Shown here: positions 51,811-63,391 of the stretch, piece after piece
Position numbering within the stretch: the stretch's first letter is position 1
Layout of the letters: every line of letters begins with the position of its first letter
From: Squalus acanthias
Taxonomy: Eukaryota
Assembly (NCBI GenBank): GCA_030390025.1
Contig: CM059430.1
Location: forward strand, 3,968,001 to 4,032,000
Direction of reading: 5' to 3'
Length of the DNA: 64,000 bases
The notes under the pieces: generated by a model
Told to the model about the DNA's origin: nothing
The model's database searches: none
What the model saw: the letters and a program-made list of their open reading frames with translations, nothing else
Program-made: the position numbers and the translations under genes

Positions 51811-53664
51811 ACTCCCTGTGTCACAGATCACAGTAGTGTTTAAACTGCATAAGTTAAATTAAATACATTGTGATGTAAAATAAAACTAGTTACATGACAT
51901 AAAACAGATAATATTTAGAAGGAAAATGTGGTCAAATGAGGCTGAAGAAAATGTGTGTTACTACCAGCAGTGAAATAGTTAAGTCACATTACAAACTTAC
52001 TGGAACCTCCACCAGGGAAACACTCAGACTCTGTCTAGTCACAATGAGCAGCTGATGAACTAAAGCAATTTAATTTTCATTGATCAGAAATGTAGATTGC
52101 TGGCTTGTAATGATGGGAAATTCCATTAAAAAGCCACATACAGTGCTTGTATGCAAGTATTTTGAATTCTTAATGCTGTTCTGAAATGTGTGAAAGAAGT
52201 TTCAAAGTGGTGGGCTTTTTAATGAAAAATCAACATTGTTTATGGATAATAAAAAAAGTTAAACCAAAGTGATTTCAATCATTGTCTCCCCCTAGCCCCC
52301 TCCCGACCCCTCACCCCAGCAAATTCTAGGGTTAGATTTTTTATTCATTTTATTCCGATCACGCTATAGACAGGCTCCAATATAAGATTTTTTTCTCTCA
52401 AAAAAATGCATTTATTATTTAATATTCTAAATCATTTACATAATGTCTGACCAATGAGGGGTCTTTCTCGGATGGTTGGGAGATGCCTGGAATGTGCACA
52501 TTGGGCTGCAACATGGCCTCTGCCTCAACCAACCAGGAAGAATCGTGCAGTTGGCGTCCAGCCACCATTTCATCTCTGGATAATGACTGAGCTCAGGCGT
52601 CACTGCAGTCCCTTGCAGTCAGTTCTACTGTCAGTAAGCAGTAACGCACAAAATTACTATTCATATTTTCTTAATAAAGGACGACCTTCTTATTTTTGTA
52701 CTTTTCTTTTTTTTTAAAGCTGCGTTTACAAAAAGGTTGCACCGACAGTTGGAAGTACTTATCTTTGTCTCAAGATCTTCTCCTGCACAAAGCTACTCAT
52801 CTAATGCTTCACAAATCTACTGTGTGGGAGTGTCTCAACATTACATTCTCCAAATGCAGCCAAGTACCTCCAGCCGTCACTATAAATAGAAAGCAATAGC
52901 TACACAAGACAGTAATAATACATCTTGGGGTTCAGGTGATACTGCAAACTATAAGAGCAATCTTTCAACAGCTTATGAACACAGTCTGAGCCTTGAAAGG
53001 AGTTAGCCTTGAGAACTACTGCTTAGTACTTATACTCTACAAAACTTGCATGTTATGAAAAAAAACCCGATCTTATATTGGAGGAGAATGTAACTGACAG
53101 TATAGGAACTGACAGGAAGAACCAACTGCATGATGGAGTTGTAGAGGATTGGCTGGTAACTTCGTAACCAAAACAGCACAAGACTGGACTCATACACGGA
53201 GATATTTATCTTCCCAACATTTCTGGTTTATTTCAAAATGATGGGTGTCAGTACTATGATAAGGAATACTCACCTAGTGTAGGCATTAAGCACTCTCAGG
53301 GCAAGGATAGCAAGGTCAGATGCAGAATAAAACTCTACAGGGGTCAATGTATGAGTTTGCGCTGCCTGAGAGGAGCCTCAGCCACCAGCAGATTATAATG
53401 GCAATTTTGGGCACGCAAAATCTCAGCTTAGTTCAATTGGTCACATTTTCCCCTCCGAATCAGAAGGTTGTGGGTTGAAGCTCCACCCCAGGACTTGGAA
53501 ACATAATTCAGGCTGACACTTCAGTGCAATACTGAACGAGTGCTGCTTTGTCAAATCTGCCATCCTTGGGATAAGATGCTGGACTGAGACCCCGCCTGCC
53601 TGTTCGGGTAAATATTAAGGATCCCAAAAACAGGTCAATCAGCTCACTACATTAAAGAAACAAA

Positions 53665-54060
53665 GAATGAAAGACTTGCATTTACAACCTCAGGACATCC
53701 CAAAGCAATTTACAGCCAATTAAGTACTTTTTGAATTGTAGTCTCTGTTGTAATGTAGGAAATGTGGCAGCCAGTTTGCATACAACAAGATCCCACAAAC
53801 AGCAATGTGATAATGATCAGATAATCTGTAATTTTTAGAGATGTTGGTTGAGGGATAAATATTGGCTAGGTCACCGAGGAGATCTCCCCTGCTCTTCTTC
53901 GAAATAGTGCCATGGGATCTTTTACGTCCACCTGAGAGGCAGACAGGGCTTTGGTTTAACATCTGATCCAAAAGACGACACCTCCGACAGTGCAGCACTC
54001 CCTCACTACTGCGCTGGAGTGTCAGCCTCAATTTTGTGCTCAAGTCCTTGAACCCACAAC
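53665..54060 (-). mobile_element. Same SINE family; an inverted partial copy lies immediately upstream at about 53425-53650 (+)
   Basis: GACTTGCATTTA...GCCATGGGATCTTTTAC...TGGAGTGTCAGCCT...CTTGAACCCACAACC. Confidence 0.7.
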
Positions 54061-56054
54061 CTGCCTTTGCCCCATTGCTGTCAAAACCCTAATCCATTCC
54101 TGTATCACTTCAAGACTGGACTTCCCTAAAGCTCTCCTAACCCACCTTCATCTTTTACAAATTACAACTCATTTACAATGGAGTAAAGTGACTTGGGACT
54201 CTTCCTGTACATGGTGAATGCTACAGAAATGTAAGCTGTTGTCGTGCCATTGTATTGTGTAAGATTAAACAAAAAAAAAGTTGGTCAATGACTTTTCAAT
54301 TTGATGAAGACAATTTAAAACACTTCACTTCTTTGGCCACATGCAGTAAATAGCCAAATTATGACAAATGTTACCCCTCAATTTTGGGAAGAACAGTTTC
54401 GAAATATTCAGTGCTGCCGTGTGGATGCATTTAGTGAAATAACTCTGCACAATACAGAATCCGAGACATCCAAAACAGCGCCTCAACAAATCTGCATATT
54501 TATCTTCATATACCACTTCTGCAATGTAATCAAAGCTGCTCACAACACTGCAAAGTGCTGCAGTAAAAAGCTGCTATCTTTCCTTAGTGGGTCTGTAAAA
54601 ACAAATTGCTCAGTGACAATTTGAAACCATTGCACAGAATTATGCAAACACCGCTAAGACAGCAGAGGTATGAGAAAACCAATATAGAGTGGACTGCATG
54701 GAGAAAATGGCTCTCCCTCAATACTGTAAAGCACTAGCTCCAGTAGCTCAGTTTATTGTTCCTAGGTTTCGGGGAAAAGAAGAGTTCTTTCCTACTCATT
54801 GTGGGAAGAAAGCTTGAAAACAAATACCCTAGCTATGACAGTATGTCACACCTGGTTAAACAATGCAAAAAATGAACACTTGCAACTAACTGAATTTCCA
54901 TTCGAAATCAGATAGTCTGGTCACTGCACAATATACCCCTCCCCCCGCCCCCCACTTCTCTGTCCACCCCTCCACATAAAAGCCACACTGACTACACGCT
55001 TCATTGAAAAACTCCTGCAAAAGTGATTAGGGAGAGGCATGATCTCATCAAGTTTGGAAGATAATGTGAAGATGAATACCGTGTTTACTGCTGTGTTAAG
55101 TCACTAGAAAGAAAGGGTGGTGAATGGGAGAGAAAGAGGCGAAAGCCACTCTTTTGTTTCTCGAGCTGCAGGTTCTCTCAGGCTTTGTTTTACCACAATG
55201 AGCTCCTGAAAACTAATTTTGCACAACCTTTTGAAGAGAGAGGTTACTTAATCTTCTTGATCGTAGATGCAAAGCCATGAGGGTGGAGGGCTCTGCTGGC
55301 ATGGCATCTTCACATTCCACTTTGACCTTTGCACTTAAAAATTCAAGCAGGGTTTATTTTCTGTGGCGTTTTAAACTTCTGTATGTTTCACTAACAACAG
55401 CATCTAAAATACTAGCTGTTACATGATCTTAATGTGTTTGAAAATACTTTAACTGGATACCTATTAAAGAGGACAGATTTCCTTTTGTCTGACCTACTTT
55501 GGTTGCATTTGTCACCCATCAGAACCAAAACTAACATTGTGCTCTTACTAACAGATAATATCTGTCCTCCATTATCCAAGAAATTCCTCCAATTTCAACT
55601 GGGACAATGACATTTGCCATCACAGTTTTTGTTTTGAACACATGCAGCTATATTTTACAGTTGTTCTGATTCATAGCCTTGGAAATGTCCAAAATCAGAC
55701 AGAAATTTGAAGAAATAAATTGTGTGTGAAAAGAAATAAAAGTAGACAGTGTAGGCAGGGACAGCAAAACCCATTCATCTCCCTCAGCCAAAGTTTACAC
55801 CCCTGGTTACCCTGAATCCTACACCCCAGGTTGGATATATGGTAAATGTTATTGTTTCATTCACTCCTTCAAATTCAGAACAGAAGCCCCAAAATTCCTG
55901 GTGAATTGTCAGCTAGTGCAAGGGCAGAACATTCACCTGCCCAAGCCCAGAGGCCTGAACTCCATCCCAAAACCCAGGGACAAGATCATTCTATGTCTGG
56001 GGCAGGCCACTGGTGCCTGCAAGGGCAGACCATCAGCTCCCACCCCAATCCATT

Positions 56055-56480
56055 CTAATTGTGGGTTCAAGCTCCACTGCAGAACTTAAGCACCTAATCT
56101 AGGCTGACACTTCAGTACAGTACGGAGTGTTGCATAATGTGGGCGGGGGCGTGGAAGAGGTGTCATCTTTCAGCTGGGACATTAAACCGAGGCCCCATCT
56201 ACCTGCTCGCTAGGGCGTAAAAGATCCAATGGTGCTATTTGAGGAAAAGCAGTGAGTTATCCTGATGTCCTGGTCAACACATCCCTCCATCAACACCAAG
56301 AAAAATGGAATAACTAGTCAGTCACCTCAAAGCTGTTTATAGGACCTTGCTGTGTGCAGTTGACTACAGTTGTTGCTGACAAAACAACAGTGGCTACTCC
56401 AAAAATAATTCATTGGCTGTGAAGCGCTTTGAAACATTCTGAAAACGTAAAAGGGGCTATATAAATGCAAGTTCTTTCTT
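56055..56480 (+). mobile_element. tRNA-derived SINE with L2-like tail (SacSINE1/DeuSINE-like)
   Basis: B-box GGTTCAAGCTCC, TCTAGGCTGACACTTCAGT, GTAAAAGATCC..TGG..CTATTTGA core, and 3' GCTATATAAATGCAAG. Family name from recall. Confidence 0.7.
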
Positions 56481-57774
56481 CCCTTGTAAGGCAGAGCGGC
56501 CCGGAGCTGCTCCACCTAAGGCCCTAAGGGCTGAAGAAAAGATGTTAACTTTTTGGAGTCTTTGGCTCCAGAAAAAAAAACATTTTGCCTCAAGACAAAG
56601 TAATAAATCCCATCCAAGATCAAAGTTAAGCTATAGGCCTCAAAGCGACTCAGGCCAGCTCTTACCTACGTGAGTTCCACTGAGACCTTTTAAGGGCTTA
56701 AAGTGCGGAACTCCCAGGGTAGCCAAGCAACTCTTCCTCACCCCCACCTACCCATGCCCCCTTGACAATGGTGTCACGGGCGGAGTAAGTGCCCACTTCA
56801 TCCCTTGACATAACTTAAAGGACCGGTAAAAATAGGGTGGAATCTCAGTGTAACTGGGTTCTGCCACAAACTTCTGGTTCTCCAGGACACAAATCAGACT
56901 CTCCATCCTCTCCAGTCCTAGAAATCTTGGTATCAGAGCCTCTATTGCCTCGTGCCTTCCCCTCTGGTTAACGGGGGGTTATCGAAATCCAGGCTTCAAT
57001 CATCAGTGGAGGCCACTGAAAAATCGATCACTGTGACTTGTAAAATGATCCTTTGTTGTACAAAGTGCCCAGCTTTCTAGATTTCAAACAGTCACAGTCA
57101 AACAAAAACAAGAAACAAACAAACAAATGGGACGTTCCCTTCTGCTCGCTTTTCAAACATTGTTTTCTGACAGAAAAATGTGCTGAGTGCTCTTTACAAG
57201 ATGATAGACCGTTAGCCACAGAAAGCAGAAAAAAAAACTGAACTGTATAAACTGCACTCTTTCATTAGAGTGCTGCAGCTACCAAGGCAACACTCCTCGT
57301 ACTCTCCATCCCCCTCACTGAAGACAGAACAAGTAAAACAAAAATATTTCTAATCAAACAAAAATGGCCATTTCAACGTACAATCACCCAGCAATCAAAA
57401 TTATTTTATCAATATAAACAAAAATAAGAACTATCCAACACAGAAAACTTTGTGAGAAAAGGCTGAGCCAATCATATTGCTCACTGTGTTAGGAAACTAT
57501 ATGAAATTCTGATTTGTTTTCATAAGTTACCTGAAAAAGGTCAAATTGTCTCTGTGTAAAACAAGGAGGCTCTCTCTCTTGAACTACTGTCCATGCAGCA
57601 CAGCAGCAAGTGGTAAAATCCCGTTTTATCTGTTCACTGGCACACCCTTGGGATCAGCTCATGCCTAAATAAATTTCCTCTGTAAACTACGAACTGCTTT
57701 AACTATATAATCGATAGGCAACATACTGTAAACCAAAAGCCTGACAACAATGCAAATAAATGACTGCATCATTA

Positions 57775-58375
57775 CATTTGGTTTGAGTGAAGAATTTCAT
57801 TTGGCCCATCAAGCCTGCTTTTTCCACAAATTATTTATTATTTAACCTACTGTGGACTCTACCATACCAACTTAATCTCCTCAGAGCAAATTCTGCATAA
57901 ATACTCCTCAATCCACAAAGCAAATCAAGCAAACTTCCAGAATGTTCTTCCAACCTCACCTCTCCAAGATTAAACCTGAGCCTGCTGTAGGCCACTCTCC
58001 CTTGACCCCAATCATGGAGTACCGTAGTGTCCCATGGCCTGTTCGATCATCACAGTCTGCAACAACCCCTTCAATTTTATCAGCCAGATATATTTTTTGA
58101 AGTTAAGAAACACTGCATCAACTACTTTTGTTGGGGGTCTGTTCAACATATCTACTACTACTGTGTGGGAAAAAACATTCTTGTAATCTCAACTATCAAT
58201 TGATACTAGTTAATTTTAAACTCCTGCACTCACAATCCAAGTGAAAATAACCTCTTGAATCTACATCATCAAATCCTCACTACATTTTAAAGACCTGGAT
58301 CATATCTCCCTTCAATCTTCTTAACTCCAATGAAAAGATCAACTCTGCAAGTTGTTCCTCAGTTCCAGAATCAAC
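57775..58375 (-). mobile_element. Old CR1 3' fragment
   Basis: CATTTGGCCCATCAAGCC 3' hairpin and TTTTAAAGACCTGGATCATATCTCCCTTCAATCTTCTTAACTCC (reverse complement of a RRLRGDMIQVFK-like segment). Confidence 0.5.
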
Positions 58376-58762
58376 CATATTGTTGTTTACTGGGATCCTG
58401 GGTTACTTAATGAGAGGTCGCTTTCATGGTGAGGGCCTGAATCTCAATCAGAGCTGTTTGTGAGATAAAGTGGGACTGACCTAACAGTGACAACGAACAA
58501 CATGGTTAAGTTCCCTTGTCTCAGTTGGAGCTGTCTATAGGAGACACGGAATGGAGGCAAAAGGCTTCTCTGAGGAACTGAGGAGAGGGAGAAGACGAAA
58601 AAAAGGAAAACACACCATGGACACAAGTATTGCTCATGTGCACCTCCCAGCATCTGGCTGCAAGGCTACATTTAATGCTTGTACTCATTTAGGGACAAAA
58701 GCCACAGATAACCACTGAGAAACTGAGACCTAGAACAAGAGGAATGGACTGAGAAATGTTAA

Positions 58763-58854
58763 AGCCAGTTCTGACGCAGCGTCATCGACCTGAAACCTAA
58801 CTCCTCAGATGCTGCCTAACCTGCTGAGTATTTCCAGCTTTTTCTGTTTTTATT
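58763..58854 (+). mobile_element. Solo decayed family B pLTR fragment
   Basis: CCAGTTCTGACGCAGCGTCATCGACCTGAAACCTAACTC...GATGCTGCCTAACCTGCTGAGTATTTCCAGC matches the 60-kb arm. 13-bp direct repeat TGAGAAATGTTAA at 58750-58762 and 58855-58867. Confidence 0.75.
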
Positions 58855-60146
58855 TGAGAAATGTTAACGCCTGGGATATTTTGATCAGGTAACATCTTGT
58901 GTAATACAATTACAACAGGAGAGAGTAAAAATTCCTGTCGGCAAATTTTACGCAACAGCACTTAACATGCTCATACCACATTCCTGTATGTTCTGTACTT
59001 ATGCAAGTATTAACATAAATGGGTTAACACCTGCACAAGAACGTCACACACAAAATGTAACACAAACACATTAAGCAGTCATATGTAAAATTTGATCAGA
59101 ATTTCTAATCTAATATCTACTAATAAACAATTTACTATGTTTACAGCAGTGACAGAAATAGCCTCAAAGTTATTAGCCAATAGGGAAAATATTTCTTTTC
59201 CAGCAACTTTGGTAAGTAAAGCCACCCTTTGTCAGCCCTTTAAAGATAAGTTTGACAGTAATTCTTCATGCTTCATATTCATCTTATGAGTCGATCTTCA
59301 CATTCCACGTCGATTACAGCCATCAACTGGCATGTATTCTATATCTAAAAACAGTTAAAAGCTGTCATTAAATAAATTTAAGAGTTCAGTTGTAAAAAGA
59401 TGTTCTTATATAAACTAATGCCTCGTGTCTGCTCATCTGGCAGAAGATAAGTACCTTCCTCCTAAATTGGCAGTGAATGAGTTTTAAAAATTTGTTACAA
59501 CACCTGCAAAATATAAATCATCAGAGTGTTGTGGCTAGCAAGTCAGGAATTAAGTGAAGCATCACTCGAGAAAATTCAGTACACATAAAGTACAGCATTT
59601 TACTAAACCGCAGCATACCAGGGCCGACCCAAGGATTTTTCCTTTCTATCTCTTCTCTTCAGACTTGCTGCAATGTGTCCTGCAGATGTTGCCGTTAATT
59701 CATCAGTCCAACTCCTGGAGGAGTTATTGCAAAGCTGAGCACGCAGCACAGTTATGTACAGACAAACCCACAAAGACACACAAATACAACAGTTTGTGTG
59801 TACGCTGACAAACACACACTCATTTAGTTTACCCACAAACATGATTAAAGGTTTACAGCTTAGCACGCATTTAGCAGAAAATAATAACGGCAACAAATTT
59901 GATAATGAAAGGGTTGCCTTGTATGGTGGGTTGAGAACAAGGAACGGCTTTGGGACAGCACAAGACTCAAGCCGGGAAATGATAACCCCCTCACCCAATT
60001 CCCATCAACTTCCCACACCTACACAGCCCTCCTTGGACAATCTAAGTCTCCATGGACGTCAATAATGCTCTTCCTTGTCTGACCTACCAGGAGATTCACT
60101 TAACCATGGGAACCGGTGCCTAGCCAGTCAACTCTTGTGGTATTCA

Positions 60147-60382
60147 AAATAACAACAGAAAACGCTGGAAAAACTCAGCAGGCCAGGCAGCATCCGTGGA
60201 GAGAGAAAGAGAGTTAACGTTTCAGGTCGATGACCTTTCATCAGAACTGTTCTGACGAAAGGTCATTGACCTGAAACGTTAACTCTCTTTCTCTCTCCAC
60301 GGATGCTGCCTGGCCTGCTGAGTTTTTCCAGCGTTTTCTGTTGTTATTTCAGATTTCCAGCATCCGCAGTATTTTGCTATCG
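60147..60382. mobile_element. Palindromic Penelope-like pLTR insertion, family B (101-bp arms plus 33-nt tail)
   Basis: Arms 60147-60247 and 60249-60349 with 2 mismatches and a 1-nt centre. Tail 60350-60382. 14-bp direct repeat TCTTGTGGTATTCA at 60133-60146 and 60383-60396. Confidence 0.85.
60249..60283 (+). ncRNA. Minimal hammerhead ribozyme motif, family B (mirror copy on - strand at 60212-60248)
   Basis: GTT-CTGACGA-A-AGGTC att GACCT-GAA-ACGT-T-AAC. The minus-strand copy reads AGTT-CTGATGA-A-AGGTC atc GACCT-GAAACGTT-AACT. Confidence 0.7.
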
Positions 60383-62654
60383 TCTTGTGGTATTCATCTT
60401 GAATCAGGAGTCTAAGAACCCAGTATTGCAGCTAATGGGCCAATGGGCAGTAACTATTTTTTTTAAAGAACAAATCCTCTTAATACTTCAAATTCAACAA
60501 GAATTCTAATATTTATTTCACACTGGTTTTTTTTCTCCAAAATGTATACTAACCATTTTTTTTTCCTGTAACACCAATTGGCTGCATAAGGACTGTGGAG
60601 TTACTCTTTCATCTAAAATATTGGGAGCTGACAAGGGCAATAAACACAAGGAAAGATGTAGTTTTCCTGCCCTCTGGCTCTTCTATTGTTTCCAATAGGA
60701 GAAGAAAAAATATAGGTCTAATTATAAACTGCAGTAAAAGACCAATGCAGTTAAACTCCTGACTTCAGCACCCAAGCAGCTGGTCTTAAATACCTAGCTA
60801 TTTTTAGATAATAGATATATTTTTTCTTAAACTAAATGCAGCCCAGGAATAACAAAGAGTTAATTCAGTTTGGAGGTTGTTTTAAATAAAAATAAAACTT
60901 CAGAAGCTGTAAAAGCAAAATATTTTTTCAACACTTAAGCAAACTCATTTTGTGTAATATCCCCTGACAGTATAAAAGAACTTTTCAAATTGCTTTATAT
61001 AAATAATAAACCCAAAGATCACTTCACTTATTGCCTTATTTCCTCATCATCATTTTTTAAAGTAAATCCTATTCAGTTACGTGCAACATTTACACTCGTT
61101 TCTCTGTAGATAAAGTGAAAGGGTAGGAGAGTGGGGGGTGGGGGGGGAGATGATTTTCTCAGTCCTGTGAGTTCTTCACACTGCATAATAGGGGTTCAAA
61201 TCTCTTGTAACTTGCAGAAAACTTCTGAGAATACACACACTCTTAAGGCTTTCTCTAGTTGTAAGCCACAACACACCAGGCAATGCTGGAATATCAAATG
61301 TGATGGCCCCCTGCTTTGTTTAGGGAGAGCTCTGTAATAGCAACCTTTTAATCTTGGTGGTTTTGTTTAGGTGCTGCATATTCATTTCAAGGATTTCTCT
61401 CTCTTTTTACTACTCTATACATATGGTTCAACCAGGATGACAAGCGACACTAGCTCCTTTTATATTGGTTTCTATTGCGCTTGTGCTGCTGGTTCCTGAG
61501 GTGCCGGTCTTGCCCAACCGACAGCAACCCCAGAGTGAACTTGTTGGATTTGCTGAAGACCGGGGGTGGGGGGAAAAAACTGGTCACCCTGCGTCAACGA
61601 ACCCAGCAAGCTTACTTTGGATTGCTGCCCCAAGACTCGCATGTCGGGAGCCAGTGGCACTCGCACAGCACAAAAACAACCACCAGCTGTTGTCCTGTAC
61701 ACTTTAGGAGTGCAGCCAGAGGCAGAAACAAGGTTCGCCCGCCGTTGGCTGCAGTCCTGTGAGTGAGCAAGCCGAGGTTTGTAGACTCACAGAATTACGG
61801 TTCGATAAAGCTTACAGGTTAAGTAGCGGTTTCAGTGAAATAAACCTGAGGAGATGGTCCTGTGTCCCTGCACACCGTGGGGTACAATTTCAGGCAAGCC
61901 CACCACCCACTCGACGGAAGTGGTTGGAGTCCCAAACCATTCTCATGCTCGGGCTGCACTTAAATATAATCGGCGTGCTGCTGGTGTTAAGTGAGAGCTG
62001 ATAGGCAATTTGACGATTGGAGCAGGCGGGGGGGGGTGGGGGGGGGGGCGGGGGGAGGAAATCCAGAGCCTCTTCTGCGGAGCCAAGCTAGCCGCAGTAA
62101 GTAAAAGGTGATTACGGGGATGGGAGTTAGACTGTTGATCATGCAATGGGAAGAGTTGATTTTTGTGGGGCCAGAGCCTTTTTTTAAAAACTCGATACGC
62201 CCATTGGTAGCTCAAAATTACATCGGGGTGCTGTTACTATCACATGGGCTGTTGCGGCGCCTGCCTGTTTCTGGTGGCACCCGGGTCCGCCATTTTAAGG
62301 TCCCCGCCAAAATGGCGGCAGCAGGAACGGGGCAGGCAAGTGCCATGCCACTTTTTTTTTTAAACGGTGAGAGTGTAGTGCATGAAGTTCACTCTCCAGA
62401 AACAGGATCTCAGAGTGAGTGAAAACCATCACCTGTGAATGACGAGTATCTTTGAGGTCGCCACAGTTTTCCCATTACCATGAAAAGGTCCGACTGCAAC
62501 AACATGCTCAGCCTTTCAGTACAATCGTGAATGTTTCAAATGCAAGTTCAAGTTAAAAAAAAAGCTCAGAGAGATGGCGTAGCTTTGCGTTCAAGGTGTG
62601 GACAGAATGTCACATTACAGTAGAATTTGGTCACAATTGACCAGACTAATTAAT

Positions 62655-62742
62655 GAATCATAGAAATTTACAGCACAGAAGGAGGCCATTCAGCCCATCA
62701 TGTCTGTGCTGGCCGAAAAAGAGCTATCCAGCCTAATCCCAC
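62655..62742 (-). mobile_element. CR1 3' tail fragment
   Basis: GAATCATAGAAATTTACAGCACAGAAGGAGGCCATTCAGCCCATC matches the end of the 32409 element. Confidence 0.7.
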
Positions 62743-63166
62743 GGATGGCACAAAGAGGAAAGTGAAATAATGTGGGTTCTACTGTAGAGCAATTTTCCTC
62801 ACAATTTCTTTTTTTCCCCCCTCTTTGCCTCCTGAACTCTCAATGCTGGAGTATGATTTCGCAGTCCCCAGCAACTTCCCCACCCCCGTATCACACTCAA
62901 GTGATCATTCTTCATCAGTGGGCCTGGTGTTGATGGGAGTCATAGCCCGGCCTAATTCTGTCTTCACCCAACATCTACAAGTGCACTTTCCAGCAGGGTG
63001 TCACTGGATGGTGATCAATGGTGGGAATCTCGGCTAATTTTCATTCGTCCTTAGTTCAGGAACATTGAGACCAGTTGTGGTGGCCCACCGCTGCCCAATG
63101 TGAGATCAGCAATCTCAGCACAGACCTGTGATCAACCCAGGAATCTTCCTGGTGGAGATGTTTTCA

Positions 63167-63391
63167 AAATTGAGAGGTCGCACAACACCAGGTTATAGTC
63201 CAACAGTTTTATTTGAAATCACAAGCTTTCGGAACTATCGCTCCTTCCTCAGGTGAAGTCCAATTTACTTCACCTGAGGAAGGAGCGATAGTTCCGAAAG
63301 CTTGTGATTTCAAATAAAACTGTTGGACTATAACCTGGTGTTGTGCGACCTCTCAATTTTGTCCACCCCAGTCCAACACCGGCATCTCCGC
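63167..63391. mobile_element. Palindromic Penelope-like pLTR insertion, family A (95-bp perfect inverted arms plus 30-nt tail)
   Basis: 63165-63259 is the exact reverse complement of 63267-63361, with a 7-nt loop. Tail 63362-63391. Direct repeat GAGATGTTTTCA at 63155-63166 and 63392-63403. PLE assignment rests on the hammerhead motif and the inverted-arm-plus-tail architecture. Confidence 0.85.
63270..63307 (+). ncRNA. Minimal hammerhead ribozyme motif (mirror copy on - strand at 63219-63256)
   Basis: TCAC-CTGAGGA-A-GGAGC gata GTTCC-GAA-AGCT-T-GTGA: stem I, conserved core, stem II, and palindromic AGCT in place of helix III. Confidence 0.75.

Noticed and set aside
34073-56110. tRNA genes suggested by A/B-box motifs
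   Set aside because: The motifs are degenerate SINE heads; no complete cloverleaf was found.
63165-63361. Palindromes as DNA-transposon MITEs or pre-miRNAs
   Set aside because: The asymmetric tail, variable fold-back point, solo copies with their own TSDs, 12-14 bp TSDs and hammerhead core fit PLE remnants better.
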